Source: Eledone cirrhosa (lineage: Eukaryota). Taken from it: a stretch of DNA of 64,000 nt. The stretch spans positions 339,512,001 through 339,576,000 of the forward strand of contig OZ024741.1 in the NCBI GenBank assembly GCA_964016885.1, written 5' to 3'. Every line of letters starts with the position of its first letter. Within the stretch, counting starts at the first letter, position 1. Made by a program: the position numbers and the translations under genes. Below are positions 13,086 through 26,245 of the stretch, one piece after another. The notes under the pieces were generated by a model that did no database searches, was not told the DNA's origin, and was given only the letters and a program-made list of their open reading frames with translations.

Positions 13086-13157
13086 CAGATTATGCATTAT
13101 TTTGTTTATTCATTATTTTTATTTGGAAAGTGTTTGCATATGCATCATGGTAAATAA

Positions 13158-13342
13158 TTGTTTCTACTTTTGGCACAAGGCCAGCAATTACCCAGTACAT
13201 TACTGGTACTTTATTTTATCGACCCCGTAAGGATGAAAGGTAAAGTTAACCTCGGCGGGATTTGAACTCAGAATGGAAAGGGCCGTAACTCTTTGCATCA
13301 AAGCATGGTGTCCGACCCTCTACCAATACTGCCAATCCACCG
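13158..13342 (-). mobile_element. SINE S1
   Basis: Full head, core and tail. Confidence 0.85.
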
Positions 13343-13416
13343 TGTTGTGTGTGTGTATGTATTTGTTGGTGTGAGTGTCTGTGTATGTTTGTGTGTTTCT
13401 TTGAATGTGTGTATGC

Positions 13417-13533
<117 letters not shown>

Positions 13534-13616
13534 AAAGATAAACAGAAATAACAAAAATAACAGCACAGTACCTGGAAGAAATATATTAGTTTAACACTTG
13601 AAATAGCAGGAAGAGA

Positions 13617-13654
13617 GTCTTAACGTTTCGGACACTAGTCCTTCATCGGAAGAT
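13617..13654 (-). ncRNA. Minimal hammerhead motif in a PLE pLTR fragment (13531-13740), same family as 34829-34864
   Basis: Minus strand: tctt CCGATGA a-ggac-tagt-gtcc GAAAC GTT aaga; core U4>C. Confidence 0.7.
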
Positions 13655-13790
13655 AGAGTTAGAAATAGAAGATAAATAGTAAGTAAAGAGTGATGAGAGG
13701 AAGAATGGGGAAAAATGAGGAAAAAATTGGGGGAGAAAAAATACACATGTCTATTCATTCAGCCCTATATGTTTGTATGTATGTGTGTGA

Positions 13791-13822
<32 letters not shown>

Positions 13823-14248
13823 CTTCTTTGCCCACTTATTTCTGAGAAGGTCATAGGGGCAGAGTCCTCAAACACTCCATCCAGCAGGTCCTGTCATAAG
13901 CCACCGTCATATATATGTATACACATATAAAACAAATTATGATGATACTAATACTTAACTGATTAAATGATTTAAGAAGTTCTATCTGTCATCTTAATTT
14001 ACTTTATATGCTCTGTGTTAAATAATGCCACGTTTCTTCCATTCTTAAAATTCTCCTCACTATATTTCTATCTGTAAGGACATATCCACATTAGGTTTAA
14101 ATATTCTCACTCATAATTCCTCTTCAAGTAACTCTAGGTGTATATTTTTTTCTTTTTATTAAAAAATATATGGGAAATGATATATACACATGCATATATA
14201 TGTAGATGAGTGTACGTGTATGTGTGCGTACACACACACACACACACT

Positions 14249-14325
<77 letters not shown>

Positions 14326-14395
14326 TACTCACACACACGCACACACACACACACACATATATATAAATATATATATATATACATATATATGTATG

Positions 14396-14501
14396 CAGGG
14401 TGTCCCCAAAAAATGTCTACACACTTTGATTACCTGTACAGGCAGTATTTATTAGAATGCAGAGACTTTGTGAATACAATTTTTGGGGACTTTTGGACAC
14501 C

Positions 14502-14504
<3 letters not shown>
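14396..14504. mobile_element. Tc1/mariner-type MITE
   Basis: TIRs cagggtgtcc / ggacaccctg in TA context. Confidence 0.7.
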
Positions 14505-14537
<33 letters not shown>

Positions 14538-14559
14538 ATATATATAGATATATATATCC

Positions 14560-14878
14560 AAAATACAGTTCTCTTTGAGCAAGGTATAGCACAGCCAGCT
14601 GGCCAGACTTGTCTCATAATGTGGATGCCCTGTCAAACCCATGCAAGCATGGAACAATATACATTAAATGGTGATGGTAATGATATTCATAGTACATGTT
14701 GTAAAGTGGTTGTCATTAGGAAGGGCATCTAGCCATAGAAACCAAGCCAAAACAAAATGTACGAGCAGGGCCTAGTCACCTGACCAGTCAGGCCCTAGCA
14801 CATGACAGCTGTCTAACCTATGCAAACATGGAAAATAGACATTAAATGGTGATGATGATAATGATGATGATGATGATT
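14560..14878 (+). mobile_element. Two decayed RTE-type 3' tails
   Basis: aacccatgcaagcatggaa..acattaaatggtgatg occurs twice; taggaagggcatctagcc. Confidence 0.65.
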
Positions 14879-14934
14879 TACATACACATATACAAATCAT
14901 GCATTTTTGTTATTCTTCTCTCACTTTTGCATAG

Positions 14935-15100
14935 ATGTGCATCCAAAAAATTGTTGTGACACCCGATGGTAGAAAATATAAAGAAACTGCATTCAATGCA
15001 CCTTGTCGCTACAATGAATTATCATCGACATCGGTGCCTTATTCAGATAGAAGACATAATTTGAACAAGAGGGAAACAGGTCATTATGAAGAACTATCTG
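14935..15100 (+). CDS. Exon of an unknown host gene (MCIQKIVVTPDGRKYKETAFNAPCRYNEL...GHYEELS)
   Basis: Pyrimidine tract and tag acceptor at 14934; 166 nt open; gtatgt donor at 15101; phase joins 19037 in frame. Confidence 0.7.
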
Positions 15101-16452
15101 GTATGTATTAATGGAGATTCTAACTTGGTCTTTGTAATATTTTTATAGTAGTTACCATATTTTTCCCACTTGTGTCAAACACACACCCCTTTCTGAGCAG
15201 TGAATGTCTGGAAATGCCTAGTTTTGGTGTATAAAGCATAGGAGAAACTGGGAAAATCTGCCACTGGACATTCTAGCTAGAGCTCAATGACAAATGTTTA
15301 GCATCAACTTAGCAATAAAATACATCAGTCTGTCTATTTTCTCCTTTTAATCAGTTAATGTATGGATGTTTATTAGGTCAGGGCTGAGGGCATGTTTTTA
15401 GCATTCTCACAAAAAATTATCACTTCATTGCACACAAGTGATGGCGGAATATTTATCAATTGAGGACGTAAAAAACACAGAATAAACACATACATGGCTT
15501 TGTAGAAACTGTGGAATACACAGAAATTTCAGAAATAGACGAAACAACACAAGCAGTATTAGTAAAACTTTATTCAAATGTTGTATTACATAATATTGTA
15601 TAAGAAAAGGTATGATCAAAGTCAAAGGTATTGGTGTTGATTGATTCTTGCTACAGTTTCCTGTCTTCTAATGGCTATATTCTTAGGAATAGGTCTGAAA
15701 AAGAGCTGGAAAGATTTAATTATGGTGTATGCCATGCACATCCAAAATAAACAGAGAAAAAAGTGATAAAGGACTCTGTGATATACACGGAGGAATATGG
15801 TAATAAATTAACGGTCTTTTAATTATTCTTCTCAATGACTTCATCAATTAACAGAGTTGTTAGAGTAGAGAATAAAATATCTTGTGGTATTTGTTCTGGC
15901 TCTCACTGCTCTAACTTTATCCTATGATCTGTTTGGGCAGTAATTCCGTGTCCTATGTAACACTACAACCTGGTCTATGGGCGGTTTTACCTGGGTCCAT
16001 TCTGTTGTAAGAACTTGATCCCGGTCTCTGATTCAAGGACACTTTCATTCCTCCCTTACACTAGTTTTGGAGGCTGTCAAAAAGGGTCATAGGCAGTGCC
16101 CCTCTATCCCTGACTAAACTGAAAAAATAATATATATATGTATATGTATATATATATAAGAAGAAATTTTATTATGCGCATTTCATGCTGGGACGATATT
16201 TGCATTCTCATCAAATAAAATAGGGAGACATGATATGATGCTTAAAAAAAACACTTCTGAAAAAGGTAGTGTCTAATCAACATATGTCCCAGGATGATAT
16301 TTGTTTTTGAAATGTGCATAATAAAATACATGGAACTTTTTTAACTATCTTTTAATTTTTTCTTATATATACTCCAGTCCTATAAACTGTTGAGTGCTAC
16401 TTATCCGATATTTGCATTGCTTTATTGTTCTACAATAAAACTCACCTCCTAC

Positions 16453-16483
<31 letters not shown>

Positions 16484-16589
16484 ATAGATAGTTTTGTAGA
16501 TTCGGCTTTTGTCTAGAGCATTTATAAAGATCCTGAGCCATCCATCTGTGAAACCTTTAATCTGATATTTTAATAAATATATATATATA

Positions 16590-16936
16590 TCATCATCATC
16601 ATCATCATCATCATTTTACGTCCGCTTTTCCCTGCTTGCAAGGGTGGAACGGGAACTGATTCTGGCTCGATTTCTACAGCTGGATGCCCTTCCTAACACC
16701 AACCTCATTTACAGTGAGTGCTGGGTGCTTTTTTCCCGTGGCAGCTCCACGACCACTTTAAAGTGGAATGATAGGTACACCAGTCCCTATCATCTCATTT
16801 CTACAGCTGAGTAAACTGGAGCAATGTGAAATAAAGTGTCTTGCTCAAGGAAACAACACATCACCCGGTCTGAGAATTGAACTCACAACCTTTCGATTGC
16901 AAGGCCAATGCTCTAACCACTAAGTCATGTGCCTCC
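16590..16936 (-). mobile_element. SINE S2 with RTE tail; inverted near-copy of 9511-9822
   Basis: Reverse-complement match along the whole length. Confidence 0.85.
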
Positions 16937-16959
16937 ATATATATATATAAAGGAAGTAT

Positions 16960-17435
16960 GTTTAGAAAGCGGTGAGCAATAAAGACCCCTTCAGTCATGA
17001 ATGACCCTGAGTTTTGCACTTAGAAAGTTTCCCTCTCTGAGGCAAAAAGCCTGAGCAAGGTGTTTTTGTGGAAGACCAGCATTCACCCATGCATATCAAT
17101 CTCTCCTCTCCAATCCACCGATGTTGTCCAAGGAAGGGAAAGGCAATGGCTGATACAGCTTGACACCAGTGACATCACAACTCATTTCTACAGCTGAGTG
17201 AACTGCAGCAAAATGAAATAAAGTGTCTTGCTCAAGGACACAAAACATCACATAGTCTTTTACTGGTTTCAGTGATTCGACTGCGACCACGATGGGGCAC
17301 CACATTCTTTTACTCTTTTACTGGTTTCAGTGATTGGACTGTGGCCTGGCTGGGGCACCAATATTTATTTTTTCAAGTCTGGTACTTATTTTATTGACCT
17401 TTTTTTGTTGAAGCATGAAGTTACGAGACATACAC
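16960..17435 (-). mobile_element. Fragments of octopus-type SINEs (S2-like core; OR-like tail)
   Basis: aagtgtcttgctcaaggaca; duplicated cttttactggtttcagtgatt..actg..ggggcacc. Confidence 0.6.
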
Positions 17436-18282
17436 ATGGACACACACATGGATACTCACACACACATGGACACACACATGGATACTCACACACACTTATA
17501 ATTTCATTCTTACATACTTTTTGTTTTTTTTTGTAATTATTATTAACTGACTTTTACACCACCACTCTCTTTCTTTCTCCCCCTCTCCTCTCTTCTCCCC
17601 CTCTTCGTCCTCTCTCTCTCTATTCCTCCATCTCTCTCAATCCCTCCATCTCGCTCTCTATCTCTCTCTCTCTTACCATCTCCTTTCCCACATCACATGT
17701 TTTACACAAAATAAACTACAGCTTTAATATATTAGATTTTTTTGTGTTTTTGTGATTTTGATTAACTTTTTCTTCATTCTCATAAACCTAAATATTTCAG
17801 ATTTCATCATCAAATTACCTTCGGATTTTAATGTTTAATAAATTTCATTTAAATGTTATATGGCATTATTTTCATTTTCAGTCAACACATATGCACATCC
17901 ATGCAAACTAAAATGTGTTCACTGATAAAAAAACCTCTCTGTACGTGCAGAATATATATTTTTTGGCAGGGGTTATATGGCTGGGAGCTCTTTCTAATAC
18001 CAACCCCTTTACAGAATGTAATGAGTGCATTTTATTGTGGCACCAGTACTCTGGATGTTGGTGGTCACTGACTTGACTAAAGATCCCTCTCTACCTTATG
18101 GGTAGAGGATAGGGTGGTGGGAGGACAGTATAATGTCATGGGTGTGTGTGACAGATGTGGTGGGGTTGAAAGGGGGTGGGAAATGACAACTTCACACTTT
18201 CCATCCACTGAGATTTCTCTGCACCTACTTATACAGCTGTTATTCTCTGTATGCACCACATGTCAATTATTTGCATCTATTT

Positions 18283-18480
18283 ATACAAGGGTCAGCTGAA
18301 AAGTTCATAGGCTGACCAAGATACTTTCATGGAATGACTAAATGAGGTTTATTTTCCAACATAGTCCCTGGAAAGAACCAATGCAGTTATTAATAAGGAG
18401 AGTTGAAATTAATGCATGCAAGATTTCACTGCTCTAGCATCACTCCTTCATAGTCAGCTTATGAACTTTTGAGCCATCCC
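18283..18480. mobile_element. Mariner-type MITE (other copies at 57385-57485 and 58133-58272)
   Basis: TIR tacaagggtcagctgaaaagttcataggctgac / gtcagcttatgaactttt; 58.1 kb copy ends ccgaccctcgta. Confidence 0.7.
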
Positions 18481-18664
18481 TTCCCCATACAGCTGTCATT
18501 CATTTTATACACCACATGTCAATACTCTGCACCAACTAATACAGCTGCCATACACCGGATGCACTACATGTCGATACCAGCTCAGTCCTCCTTCTTGGAC
18601 CTTTCTCCTCCTTTCTCCTTTCTCCTCCTTATCCTTCCTCTTAATATTTTGTGTATTTATAGAG

Positions 18665-18995
18665 CAGTGGATTGGCAGAACCATTAGTGTTGGACAACAT
18701 GTCTTGTGGTATTTAGTTACAGCCTTTTAAATCTTGAGTTAAAATCCCACTGAGTTCAACTTTGCCATTCATCCTTCTGAGTTAATAAAATAAAGTACCA
18801 GTCTAATAATGGGGTTGATTTAATCATCTTTCCCCTCCCCTAAAATTGTTGGCATTGAGCCTACATTAGAAACCATTATTATTTTAATCCTGCCGAGGTT
18901 AACTTTGCCTTTCATCCCTACGGGGTCGATAAAATAAAGTACCAGTAATGTACTGGGTAATTGATGGCCTTGTGCCAAAAGTAGAAACAATTATT
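18665..18995 (+). mobile_element. One full and one 5'-truncated SINE S1
   Basis: S1 core and tail motifs. Confidence 0.75.
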
Positions 18996-19036
18996 ATTTT
19001 GTATATTTATTTATTTACTTATTTTTCTCTTTGCAG

Positions 19037-19407
19037 CACATCAATATTCTAAACCTGATAAACAGTCGAAAACAGCCACATCATTATCACCATCATCATC
19101 ATCATCATTAGCAACAAAAACAGCAGCAACTACAACAACAGTAACATCATTATCATCATTATCATCTTCAGGTGAAAAGCCAGCACCAATCTTGAGTAGT
19201 GTTGGTAAACCAAAAGATATCTATACACCAGTAAAATCTTCAGTTCCATCAAAGCTAGAAAACCCAAATTCTCTCAACACTGACGTCATAGACCTGAAGT
19301 CCATTTCGGAGGGCCAGAGTGGGACTGCTATATCCAGCCAGTTATGGGACCTTCCAATGAAAAACAGCTTCACGTCGCACACAAAACCACTACCAGCAGT
19401 GCCAAAG
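19037..19407 (+). CDS. Next exon of the same gene; Ser/Thr/Pro/Lys-rich, likely disordered
   Basis: tttttctctttgcag acceptor; G+CA gives Ala in frame with the previous exon; open through ORF 19192-19422; AAG|gtactt donor (or read-through to stop at 19422). Confidence 0.7.
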
Positions 19408-20086
19408 GTACTTCCATTGTAACAATGTTAAGACAGTAATGAAAAAAAGTGTATATAGGAAAAAGTGTATATAAAACAATAACGATGATAATAACAACAA
19501 CAATAATAATAATGATAATAATAATGGTTACTGGTTTAGCCACAAGGGCTTGGACATATAATACAGTAATTATTATAAACATAGGGGTTACATTACATGT
19601 GGGGATGGACAGACAGTTATAATACAATATTATAGACATAGGGGTTACAATACATGTGGGGTTGGACAGACAATGTTATATATAATACAGTAAACATTAT
19701 AAACATAGGGGTTACAATACATGTTTGCCTTTTGCCTGAATCCCTCACCATCTGTTACTATTTTCTTGTTGCTGCATCCCACCCTAATGCAGACTCTGTC
19801 CCTCCACCCCATTGTCACAGGTAATTCCTGTACTAGAAGATGATGAGACACCTTGACTTTTTAATATCATATCTTGTCATTGACACCTGACTTTGGTGGC
19901 ACAGAAGGTGAGGCACGGAGGCATATCAATAAAAAAATGCTAGAATTAGCAAATGGTATGTTGTAAATTTGAGGAACAGTAACTTCATGCAGTAATATCA
20001 TCTCTTTCTAATGGAATGTTGTATATTTGAGAAGGAAGTCTCATACAGTTGTACAATGTTGATCAGATGGAATATTGTGTATTTGA

Positions 20087-21255
20087 GGGACAGTGGCCTC
20101 ACATAGTGATACCATCTCTTTCAAGAGGGACTGTAGCCTCACACAGTGATACCATCTCTTTCAAGAGGGACTGTAGCCTCACACAGTGATACCATCTCTT
20201 TCAAGAGGGACTGTAGCCTCACACAGTGATACCATCTCTTTCAAGAGGGACAGTAGCCTCACACAGTCATACCATCTCTTTCAAGAGGGACCGTAGCCTC
20301 TCACAGTGATACCATCTCTTTCAAGAGGGACTGTAGCCTCACACAGTGATACCATCTCTTTCAAGAGTGACAGTAGCCTCACACAGTGATACCATCTCTT
20401 TCAAGGGAGATTGTAGCCTCACACAGTGATACCATCTCTTTCAAGAGGGACTGTAGCCTCACAGTCATACCATCTCTTTCAAGAGAGACAGTAGCCTCAC
20501 AGTCATACCATCTCTTTCAAGAGAGACAGTAGCCTCACACAGTGATACCATCTTTTTCAAGAGGGACAGTAGCCTCACACAGTGATACCATCTCTTTCAA
20601 GAGGGACTGTAGCCTCACAGTCATACCATCTCTTTCAAGAGAGACAGTAGCCTCACAGTCATACCATCTCTTTCAAGAGAGACAGTAGCCTCACACAGTC
20701 ATACCATCTCTTTCAAGAGAGACAGTAGCCTCACACAGTTATACCATCTCTTTCAAGAGAGACAGTAGCCTCACACAGTGATACCATCTCTTTCAAGAGA
20801 GACAGTAGCCTCACACAGTGATACCATCTCTTTCAAGAGAGACTGTAGCCTCACAGAGTCATACCATCTCTTTCAAGAGAGACAGTAGCCTCACACAGTG
20901 ATACCATCTCTTTCAAGAGAGACAGTAACCTCACACAGTGATACCATCTCTTTCAAGAGGGACTGTAGCCTCACACAGTGATACCATCTCTTTCAAGAGG
21001 GACTGTAGCCTCACAGAGTCATACCATCTCTTTCAAGAGAGACAGTAGCCTCACACAGTGATACCATCTCTTTCAAGAGGGACAGTAGCCTCACACAGTC
21101 ATACCATATCTTTCAAGAGGGACTGTAGCCTCACACAGTCATACCATCTCTTTCAAGAGGGGTGTAGCCTCTCACAGTGATACCATCTCTTTCAAGAGGG
21201 ACAGTAACCTCACACAGTTATACCATCTCTTTCAAGAGGGACAGTAACCACAGTT
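20087..21255. repeat. 40-bp minisatellite (38-bp variants), ~29 copies
   Basis: Unit gtagcctcacacagtgataccatctctttcaagagggact. Confidence 0.97.
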
Positions 21256-21686
21256 GTACCAATTCTTTCAAAACAAAATCTATCATTTAAAAACTGGTTC
21301 GTGCCATTATTAATATAATATATTATTCCAAAATATTAGTCATTATTCAAATACTATGATAATGAGTCTAGTAGTCTACAAAACTGTGAAACAGAAATAT
21401 TAGTTGGATAATCAAATCATTTTTATAGGCTAAGCAATATTTATTTTGCTTCCTAAGAATACATATCACTGTTAAAGTGATTTCATCTGTTTCCATTCTG
21501 GTTGTTTGGAGCTGTATCTTGTGGTTCTCTGTAAAACAACAGTAGTAGCTTTTGTGACATCCTCCTGATTGTTGAGTCTCTCCATTTGACCGACTATATT
21601 TGTAAAAGTCAGCATATTGTTGTTATTGCTGTTAGTACTGTTTTTTTTTATTCAGATTGTTTCCAAAATTATTAATTTTTTGTGTG

Positions 21687-21822
21687 TATCTTCTATTGAG
21701 CAACTCCTTATTTAACTCCTTTATCTTCTATTGAGCAACTCCTTATTTAACTCCTTTATCTTCTATTGAGCAACTCCTTATTTAACTCCTTTATCTTCTA
21801 TTGAACAACTCCTATTTAACCT
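21687..21822. repeat. 35-bp tandem repeat, ~4 copies
   Basis: tatcttctattgagcaactccttatttaactcctt. Confidence 0.9.
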
Positions 21823-23027
21823 CTGATCTTCCCATTGTCTGTTTCTTGTTTTTTCTTTTTAATTATTTATTTCACTTGAAAATAGTTTGGTGGTGGGTGG
21901 CTATGCTGTATGTCTACATTATTGAAGCCACTGCTACCACTACTGTTGTCATCATTTCTTATTGTTACTTCTGAGTCGTTTTAAAATGTGATTAACAGCA
22001 AAAATGGCTATTTGCCAGAAATATATAAGCTGCTAAAAATGTCTAAAGACAAATCTTTCTTCTACCCTTATGCACCACAAGCTGTCAAGGGGATGGGGTG
22101 GCTCTCTATGATGGACATCTAGCCTTTTATTTATTTGCTTTTGTTTAGCTTTATTCTTTTCTTTTCCTTTGCGGCCTTCTTTCTATTTTTTCTGTTCCTG
22201 ATAGCTTATCACCTTTCTCCAGTTTCCACCTCCTCCTCAATGCTAGAAGATGCTACGTAGTATTCACTGAAAGAGGTAACCCCTTTCAGCTTCTAGGTAC
22301 CCTTCATCATCATCATCATCATCAGTTGGTGGGGATTTTATATGTTTCCACTCTGGATCTCTGGAAAGTTGTCACAGTAGCAATAGACTTCATATCAGGA
22401 CCCTACTGTCATTGTTGGTTCTGTATTAGCTGCTGCTTTCCGCTCTCCTTTTCTTTTTCTTCTGAGCAGAAGGCACCTAAGAGTTCTTTACTGCCCTGCA
22501 TGTAACAGGTGGGCCTTCTGTCCTGCATCCCAATCTTATTCACTTCATCTCCACACCCTCAATGTTGTTTAATTTCATCAACCCTAACAGAGCAAACCTA
22601 TGGACAGAGAAGTTCCAATCATGATCGTTCCATCTTTGCTTTTCATTATGTCTAAAACTACATTATCCAATATATCCTTCCCTTTTTTAAGTTGGAAGTG
22701 TGTAATTTGAGGGAGATTTGGTTTCTATTTTTAGCATATTAAGTGACTATGTCTAACTCCAGATCAGTCAGGTATGTTTGAGCAGACTTATAATCTAAGA
22801 CACTGAAACCTTGACTATATTGTTTTTATACATATATTTAGGAATACATTGTCTTATTTGTTCTCCATATTTTAATGCTTAATTTCCTGCACCATGTGAA
22901 ACCACATTAGCAAGACATTCTTAAAAAGTACAAAATAGCAACATGAATGCATCACATTAAACATCAGACTTTACTCTTATCCTGTATATTTTCACAACAG
23001 TCTAGTAAAGATGTTGCAAACATTTTA

Positions 23028-23248
23028 CCCTTTAGCATTTAAATTAGCCATATCCAACCAGAATTCTCTCACCTCCTTCTTTTCAAACTGACTGTAATTG
23101 GCTGCTCTTACTTATGTTAAGGTTTTGTTCTCAAAATAAATAATATCAAAATCTCATAGATTCGGTATTATATGAGACAATTATGTGAGGTAAAGCCTCT
23201 ACTACAAAAATACAAAAGTATATATAGAGAAATGTAAATGCTAAAGGG
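23028..23248. mobile_element. piggyBac-type MITE
   Basis: TIR ccctttagcattt / aaatgctaaaggg flanked by ttta / ttaa. Confidence 0.7.
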
Positions 23249-24469
23249 TTAAATTAACAGCCCTGTTTTTAGATATTTTCTGTTCAACCATTACAGGCTA
23301 TTAACCCTTTAGTTGCTAATCCGGCCAAAACCAGCTCTTGTTTTATGAAATAAAACTACCCATTTTAAAGGTTTCCAGTTTCAATTAAGTTACTATATTA
23401 GTAATGAAATAATTAATAATTTTAGTAAATCACTCAACATTCTTCATTAATTAAAATAGAACGTATTTCATGAGAAAGTGTTAAGATTTAAGATTGTATT
23501 GTGTGATGTGAAGGAATTTTGCTGCTATTACTAGCAGGTCCAGTGACCATATGCAGGGTCCCTTGTTGGTTCATCATTCTTGTTGATTGCTCTCCTGTCA
23601 TAATTCATTGCTTTACCTTCTCTACCTCTTCCTCCTGACTTCCTCCCCTTCCCCTCATCCCCTCATCTTCCCTTCTTCTTCTTCTTCTTCTTCTTCTTCT
23701 TCTTCTTCTTCTTCTTCTTCTTCTTCTTCCAACTAATTAATTATTCATTAACTGTTTATGCACCAAACAAGGTCAGCCAACACTATTGTCTGACAATACA
23801 ACAATATATATATAGCTGCCATGTATGTTTATTTCCATGTTGGCTCTCCTCCTTCTTCTTCTTCTTGTAACTAATTTAACAATAAACACAAAACATAACA
23901 ATAGAAATCAACAACTAAATATTTACCATCATCATCATCATCATCATCATCATCATTACCACCATCAATATAATCATTACCATCAATACCACCACCACCA
24001 CCACCACCATATTCATTACCACCACACCACCACTATAATCATTACCATCATCAATACCACCACCACCATTATCATTACCATCACTAGCAGAAAAACCACA
24101 CTTCGGGTGGTTTTCTGCTATCATGAGTAGTGTGTATATTGATATTATATGCAAGTATATATACATGTAGATATGATACATAAAATAAAATCGTAATTGA
24201 CAATATAAACAGAAATTAAACGGAGACTGCGTTACACTGTCTTCTGTAATCAGTAACGTAATCCATGATACATTTAAAAAAAGAAGAGAAAAATTAGTGA
24301 CAGAAATATATAAATATTTATTTAAGCGATCACTAACTGGAAGTGTTGACATTTGAAAATTTTAAAGAAGTGAATCTTAAAATAAACAACAAAATTATTT
24401 ATATTTAATCAAGAATAACGAAATTTAGTAGATAATTATGTAATATTCATTCATTATTTATTCAAAGTA

Positions 24470-25705
24470 ATAAAGTACCAGTAATGCACTGGGTAATTGC
24501 TGGCTTTGTGCCTAAAGTAGAAACAATTATTTATTCAAAGTAATCCAACTTATTTTACAAACGGGATAAAAAAATTATTCTGGATGCAGTCCTGCACTCC
24601 TTACTTTATTATAGTTTAGATTGCCATTACCACCACCACCATTATAATCATTACCACCACCCCTATAATCATTACCATCAAAATCATTATCAAGATCATG
24701 ATCATCATCAATACCATCATCATCATCATCATTAATGACACCACCACCTTCACCACCACCATCATCATCATTGCAATTGTCATTAATTCATTATTAAGGG
24801 TGGTGGATTGGCAGTATCGGTAGAGGGTCGGACGCCATGCTTTGGCACATAGAGTTAGGGCCCTTGCCATTCTGAGTTCAAATTCCGTCGAGGTTAACTT
24901 TGCCTTTCATCCTTACGGGGTCGATAAAATAAAGTACCAGTAATGCACTGGGTAATTTGCTGGCCTTGTGCCAAAAGTAGAAACAATTATTTCATTATTT
25001 CAATTACTTGGTTAATCTTTTGTTTGTTGTTGATATTATTGTTAATTTTAAATAATTATCTTTAATATTATTGAATAGGCAGTATCGGTGGAGGGTTGGA
25101 TGCCATGCTTTGCAGCATAGAGTTATAGCCCTTTACGGTCTGAGATCAAATCCAGCCGAGGTTAACTTTGCCTTTCATCCTTATGGGGTCTATAAAATAA
25201 AGCACCAGTAACATACTAGAGTAAATTTAATTGACTTTCCCCTCCCCCCAAATTACTGGCCTTGTGCCTATACTAGAAATCATCATTATCATTATTTGTT
25301 ATGGGCGGTGAATTGGCAGTATCAGTGGAGGGTCGGATGCCATGCTTTCAAGCATAGAGTTACCTCCCTTTATGATCTGAGTTCAATTCCCGCCGAGGTT
25401 AACTTTGCCTTTCATCCTTACGGGATCTATAAAATAAAGTACCAGTAATACACTGGGAAAATTGCTGGCCTTGTACCAAAAGTAGAAACAATTATCATTA
25501 TTTGTTATGGCGGTGAATTGGCAGTATCAGTGGAGGGTCGGATGCCATGCTTTTCAGCATAGAGTTATGGCCCTTTACGGTCTGAGTTCAACTCCCACCG
25601 AGGTTAACTTTGCCTTTCATCCTTACGGGATCTATAAAATAAAGTACCAGTAATGCATTGGGATAATTGCTGGCCTTGTGCCAAAAGAAGAAACAATTAT
25701 TATTA
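24470..25705 (+). mobile_element. Cluster of four full SINE S1 copies plus one tail fragment, all in the same orientation
   Basis: Copies at ~24797, ~25075, ~25303 and ~25510; tail at 24470-24530. Confidence 0.9.
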
Positions 25706-25804
25706 TTTGTTTTTTCATTCTCTTCTCTTGCATAAATTAACATTTCATATTAGCTAATTATTCTACCATCAGTCAACTTTTTAAGAGTTATTCCTTCTTT
25801 AATT

Positions 25805-26245
25805 AGCTTCCTTCTCATCTCATTTTCTCACACTTACTCTTACCATCCCCCATTCAATAAAGACATGAAATCACCACCACCACCTCTCTCCCTCTCCCCC
25901 TCTCTCCACCCCCTCTCTCTCTTCATGATCATAGTCTTACCTTTGCTTCCTCCTCTCATTTTCTCACACTTACTCTTACCATCCCTCATTCAATAAAGAC
26001 ATGAGGTCACCACCATCATCACTCCTCCTCTCTCCCCCCTCTCTCTCTCTTCATGATCATAGTCTTCCCTTTGCCCCCTTCTCTTCTCCTCTCACACTTA
26101 CTCTTACCATCCCCCATTCAATAAAGGGATGAGATCACCACCACCACCACCTTCTCTCCCCCTCTCCCCCTCTCTCTTCGTGATCATAGTCTTCCTCTTG
26201 CTTCCTCTTCCTCTCATTCTCTCACACTTTTACACTTTTCACCCC
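25805..26245. repeat. ~135-bp pyrimidine-rich tandem repeat x3
   Basis: ctcacacttactcttaccatccc..attcaataaagacatga..tcaccacca is repeated. Confidence 0.85.

Noticed and set aside
12285-13097. His/Thr-rich repeat ORFs (also 43606-44514) and Phe/Ser-rich ORFs at 26129-27101
   Set aside because: Products of minisatellite or low-complexity DNA
20087-21255. 40-bp and 61-bp (51300-52090) arrays as CRISPR
   Set aside because: No unique spacers, no cas genes, eukaryotic context
21470-21640. Short minus-strand open frame (MLTFTNIVGQMERLNNQEDV...)
   Set aside because: Under 60 codons, with no convincing splice sites or homology cue
24800-24890. tRNA genes in SINE heads
   Set aside because: A/B-box-like motifs only, no complete cloverleaf, always fused to the SINE core
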